Source: Spizellomyces punctatus DAOM BR117
Lineage: Eukaryota
Direction: 5' to 3' (one strand)
DNA length: 64,000 nt
NCBI GenBank assembly: GCA_000182565.2
Contig: KQ257450.1
Shown here: positions 61,045-64,000 of the stretch, piece after piece
How the letters are laid out: each line of letters starts with the position of its first letter
How positions within the stretch are numbered: position 1 is the stretch's first letter
Made by a program: the position numbers and the translations under genes
The notes under the pieces: generated by a model
The model's database searches: none
What the model was told of the DNA's origin: nothing
The model's input: only the letters and a program-made list of their open reading frames with translations

Positions 61045-64000
61045 ATGTTTTCAAATCTGCAGTCAAGACTAGGCAAAGCAGTGGAAGCGTCGCGGGATGC
61101 CATTGGCACACTTCAAACCACTCTCAACCAAACTGGCCTTGATCCTTTAGGCGGGGTTGCGGCTCGGCTAAGACCATCTTTGAGTCAAGCAGGTTCTTCC
61201 AGCACCATTTTCACCTTTCCAGGTGTTGATGAAGATGGTTTTAAAGAACAGCCGCTGGAAGCACCGCGGACGGAAGCAATTCCAACCGGATCGGACACAC
61301 AGGACCTCATGCGCTTTTCTGAAGACCAAACTTCTGCTTCAGAATCTGGACAAAGTAGTGGACGCCGCTCCACTGAGCAGAATGTGAGAAACTCTCCTCG
61401 TCCAACTGCTGCTGCTCCTCCAGATGCAAACGCCGAAGCTGCTGGTATCTTCGCTCCACAATCACAACCTGCACTCTCGTCGATGACACCCGAAGAGGTT
61501 TTAAGCATGGACGTCTCAGAAATGGGCGAAAGGCTGCAGCGTCTGAGACGATTCGAAGCGAAGTTTACAGGTATACATCCATATTTACCTTCAACCATGA
61601 AAAGCTGCTTGAAAGTTTTGTCTTCTTTGTAAGATGTCGCCAAACACTGCAAAAGACTCCAAGAGAGATTTCAGCAGCTCAATTCCATAATCAGCAACTA
61701 CACTCCCATTGGCAAAATCACCACAGTTGCAGATCTCGAGGCATTTGACGTCTACATGCGTTCCACTCGCGAAAAGCAAGAAGTGAGTTTTAATTTGGAG
61801 TTCTTTAGAAATTACTGTTGGGTTGGAGCCAGTCCTCTGATTGGCTGTATCTGTATTTTCTATAGATCAGTAGTGCCGAAATTGGGCGTCTGTCACGTCA
61901 AGTCAGTGATATCAAAGAAGTTCAGGAGTTGGAGGCTGCCACAAAAGCGGACATGTTTGCTGCGCTGCAAAGCAAACTGCTGGAGCGTGAAGAGGTTAGC
62001 CTTTCAAATTTTGTTGCTTCGACCATGATTCCATTGGTAAATTTCTTGCACTCGGGCAGGAGATTAACAGGCTCAAGCACGCGATACAAAGGCGGGAGAC
62101 ACCACCATCAAGTCCCATGGTACAGAACCTCTCGACCCCAGCAACGCAGTCTATTCCCAACAGTGAAGCAGCAACACCTCCTCTAGCTACCGAAACAACC
62201 TTGGCCTTAAAACTCAAATTGCGCGAGGCAGCTGCGGCGCTGAAGAAAACGAAAGATGAACGAGACAAAGCAAATGAACGCTGTAAAGAGCTGAGCGAGT
62301 ACCTTGCAAAGTATGAATCCGCTGAATCATCAAATAGCATAGAAGGGAGAAATGGTATAAATGGAGCGGTGGACGATAAGGAGATATCACTACTTCGTGA
62401 CCAGATGACAGATGCAGATCGGCGACGCGAGGAGGCTGAGCGTATTGTAGAAGAACATAAAGCTCGTCTGGCACAATTGGAATCTGAGCGACGGGATCTG
62501 ACAAATAAAGTATCAGCTTTGGAGAGCTCAGTGGAAGAGGCCACGAGCAAGGTCCAGGAGGCGTCGAGAGTAGCAGAGCAACGCTTGGAGACATGTCAGG
62601 AGCAGGCCACGGAGATAGAGACAATGCGAACTGAAAAAGAACATTTGCAACGGGAACTGGAGGATGCCAACAATCGACGACGGTTGGTAGAAGAGGATGT
62701 GCAAATCCTAAAAGACCAGATACGCGATTTGGAACATAACGTACGCCAAGGACAAGAAGTAATTGCAAAGCTGACGCAAGAGTCAAACTCATTAGCGAAG
62801 GAGCAGGAAAATTCGCGACAGCTTAGTGTAAGTGCAGAGACAGAACGCGAAACAATACTGAAAGAGCGCGACAATGCTTTACACGAGCGTGACCAATTGG
62901 CCTCACAGCTCGCGGATCTGGAGCGGACAATTCAAGACCACAAGACCAAAGTGCTAAAGCTTGAGAAACAGTGCCAAGCGGCTGATGGATCCTCGGAGGA
63001 AACGCAACGGCAACTGGAGACGGTGAAGGAGCAGCTGAAGGCCGCCAACGAACGCATAGAAGAGGCCCTTCGTGCACGTGACGAAGCAGTAGCAGATTTG
63101 GATGCTGAGAAGACCACTCGAGCCGATGTCGCAGCGCAAGTAGAAAGGGAGAGAAGACAATTAGATGAGCAAATCGGTGATCTATCGCGGCAAATAACAG
63201 AAGCGAACAAGGCGCGTGACGAAATGCTCGTGCGGGTTGAAGCGCTTGATCAGGAGCTGAAGAGTTTACAAGGAAATCTGGAGAAGGCGCATAATGATCT
63301 CTACGGTGTGACGCAAGAGCGTGACAAGAGTGTCAAGCACGTGGCGGAATTGGAAGCGCTAGTGTCTGAGCGGCAAGGGGAGAGCGAGCGCGTGCAAAAT
63401 CTGATGAAGGCGATGAGGGAAAAGCTTCAAAAGCGGATCGGAGATTTGGAACGGGAGAAGAATGAATTGCGTGATGAATTAGCGACAGCGCAAAGTGAGC
63501 GGGAGAAAGATGCTGGTACTGGAGAAGAGAAAACCAAAGATTCCCAAGCAGAAGAGGGAATGCGCGTAAAGAATGGACGGATACGAGACTTGGAGGGGCA
63601 AATCAGCGAACTGCAAAGTAAATTAGAATTTGCCGAAGATCAGGTTGCGGACTCTGCTAAGAAGAATGCGGTGTTACACAAAACAGTGGAGAACGTCCAG
63701 GAAGAGGTGAACCAGCTGAAAGACGAGCGAGACAAACTGAATGGACAATCCAGGAAGCTACTCGCAGAATTGGACGAGGCACGTAAGGAATTGAAGCAAA
63801 ATCGCGCGCAGGCCGACGAATCCAAGCGAAGTGTTGAAGAATTAAAGGCATCTTTGGAAGCTGCCACCATTGAACGCAAAAAGTTGCAAAATGAGGTGGA
63901 GGCACTTAATAAGCAGACTCAGCAGCTAGAAGAACTGAAAGCGTCGAATGCCAACTTAAAGCATCAGGTTGAGGCGGCTCAATCGGACAGGGATCGACTC
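61045..64000 (+). CDS. Long coiled-coil golgin, Imh1-like (3' truncated by the window)
   Basis: MFSNLQSRL start, ERLQRLRRFEAKF, NYTPIGKITTVADLEAFDVYM, then about 2 kb of E/Q/K-rich heptads. The diagnostic GRIP domain would lie outside the window. Confidence 0.7.

Overview
Compact, intron-rich eukaryotic DNA. Introns are mostly about 55-100 nt, GT-AG, with CTRAY branch points. The gene set is fungal (TRP4, ECM31/panB, LYS5, Ydc2/Cce1, Psh1-like, Imh1-like, Spo73/Mug65-like) but keeps animal-like features (UEV-containing VPS37A type, RAD51D, twin-CDGSH protein, SRP RNA with a full Alu domain), so I infer an early-diverging fungus, probably a chytrid. I hand-spliced about 29 protein-coding genes, almost all housekeeping; several are barely visible in the ORF track (Tctex1, RPL21, POP4, DysF protein, CDGSH protein). 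One ncRNA gene is clear: the SRP/7SL RNA at about 46069-46364. There is a 112-N assembly gap at the 3' end of ORC2. I found no CRISPR array, prophage, intact transposon, tRNA or rRNA, and no multi-gene novel system I can support. Best leads: the SRP RNA gene, a 3-nt micro-exon, a Ydc2 resolvase with tandem SAP-like motifs, a twin-CDGSH protein with extra Cys/His ligands, a C/D (K-turn)-like motif on the branch point of an RPL21 5'UTR intron, an orphan C2CH ORF, a GC-AG intron, and recurring E-box and X-box motifs in short divergent promoters. CDS coordinates span start to stop including introns. All splice models and family calls are by eye; no searches were run.
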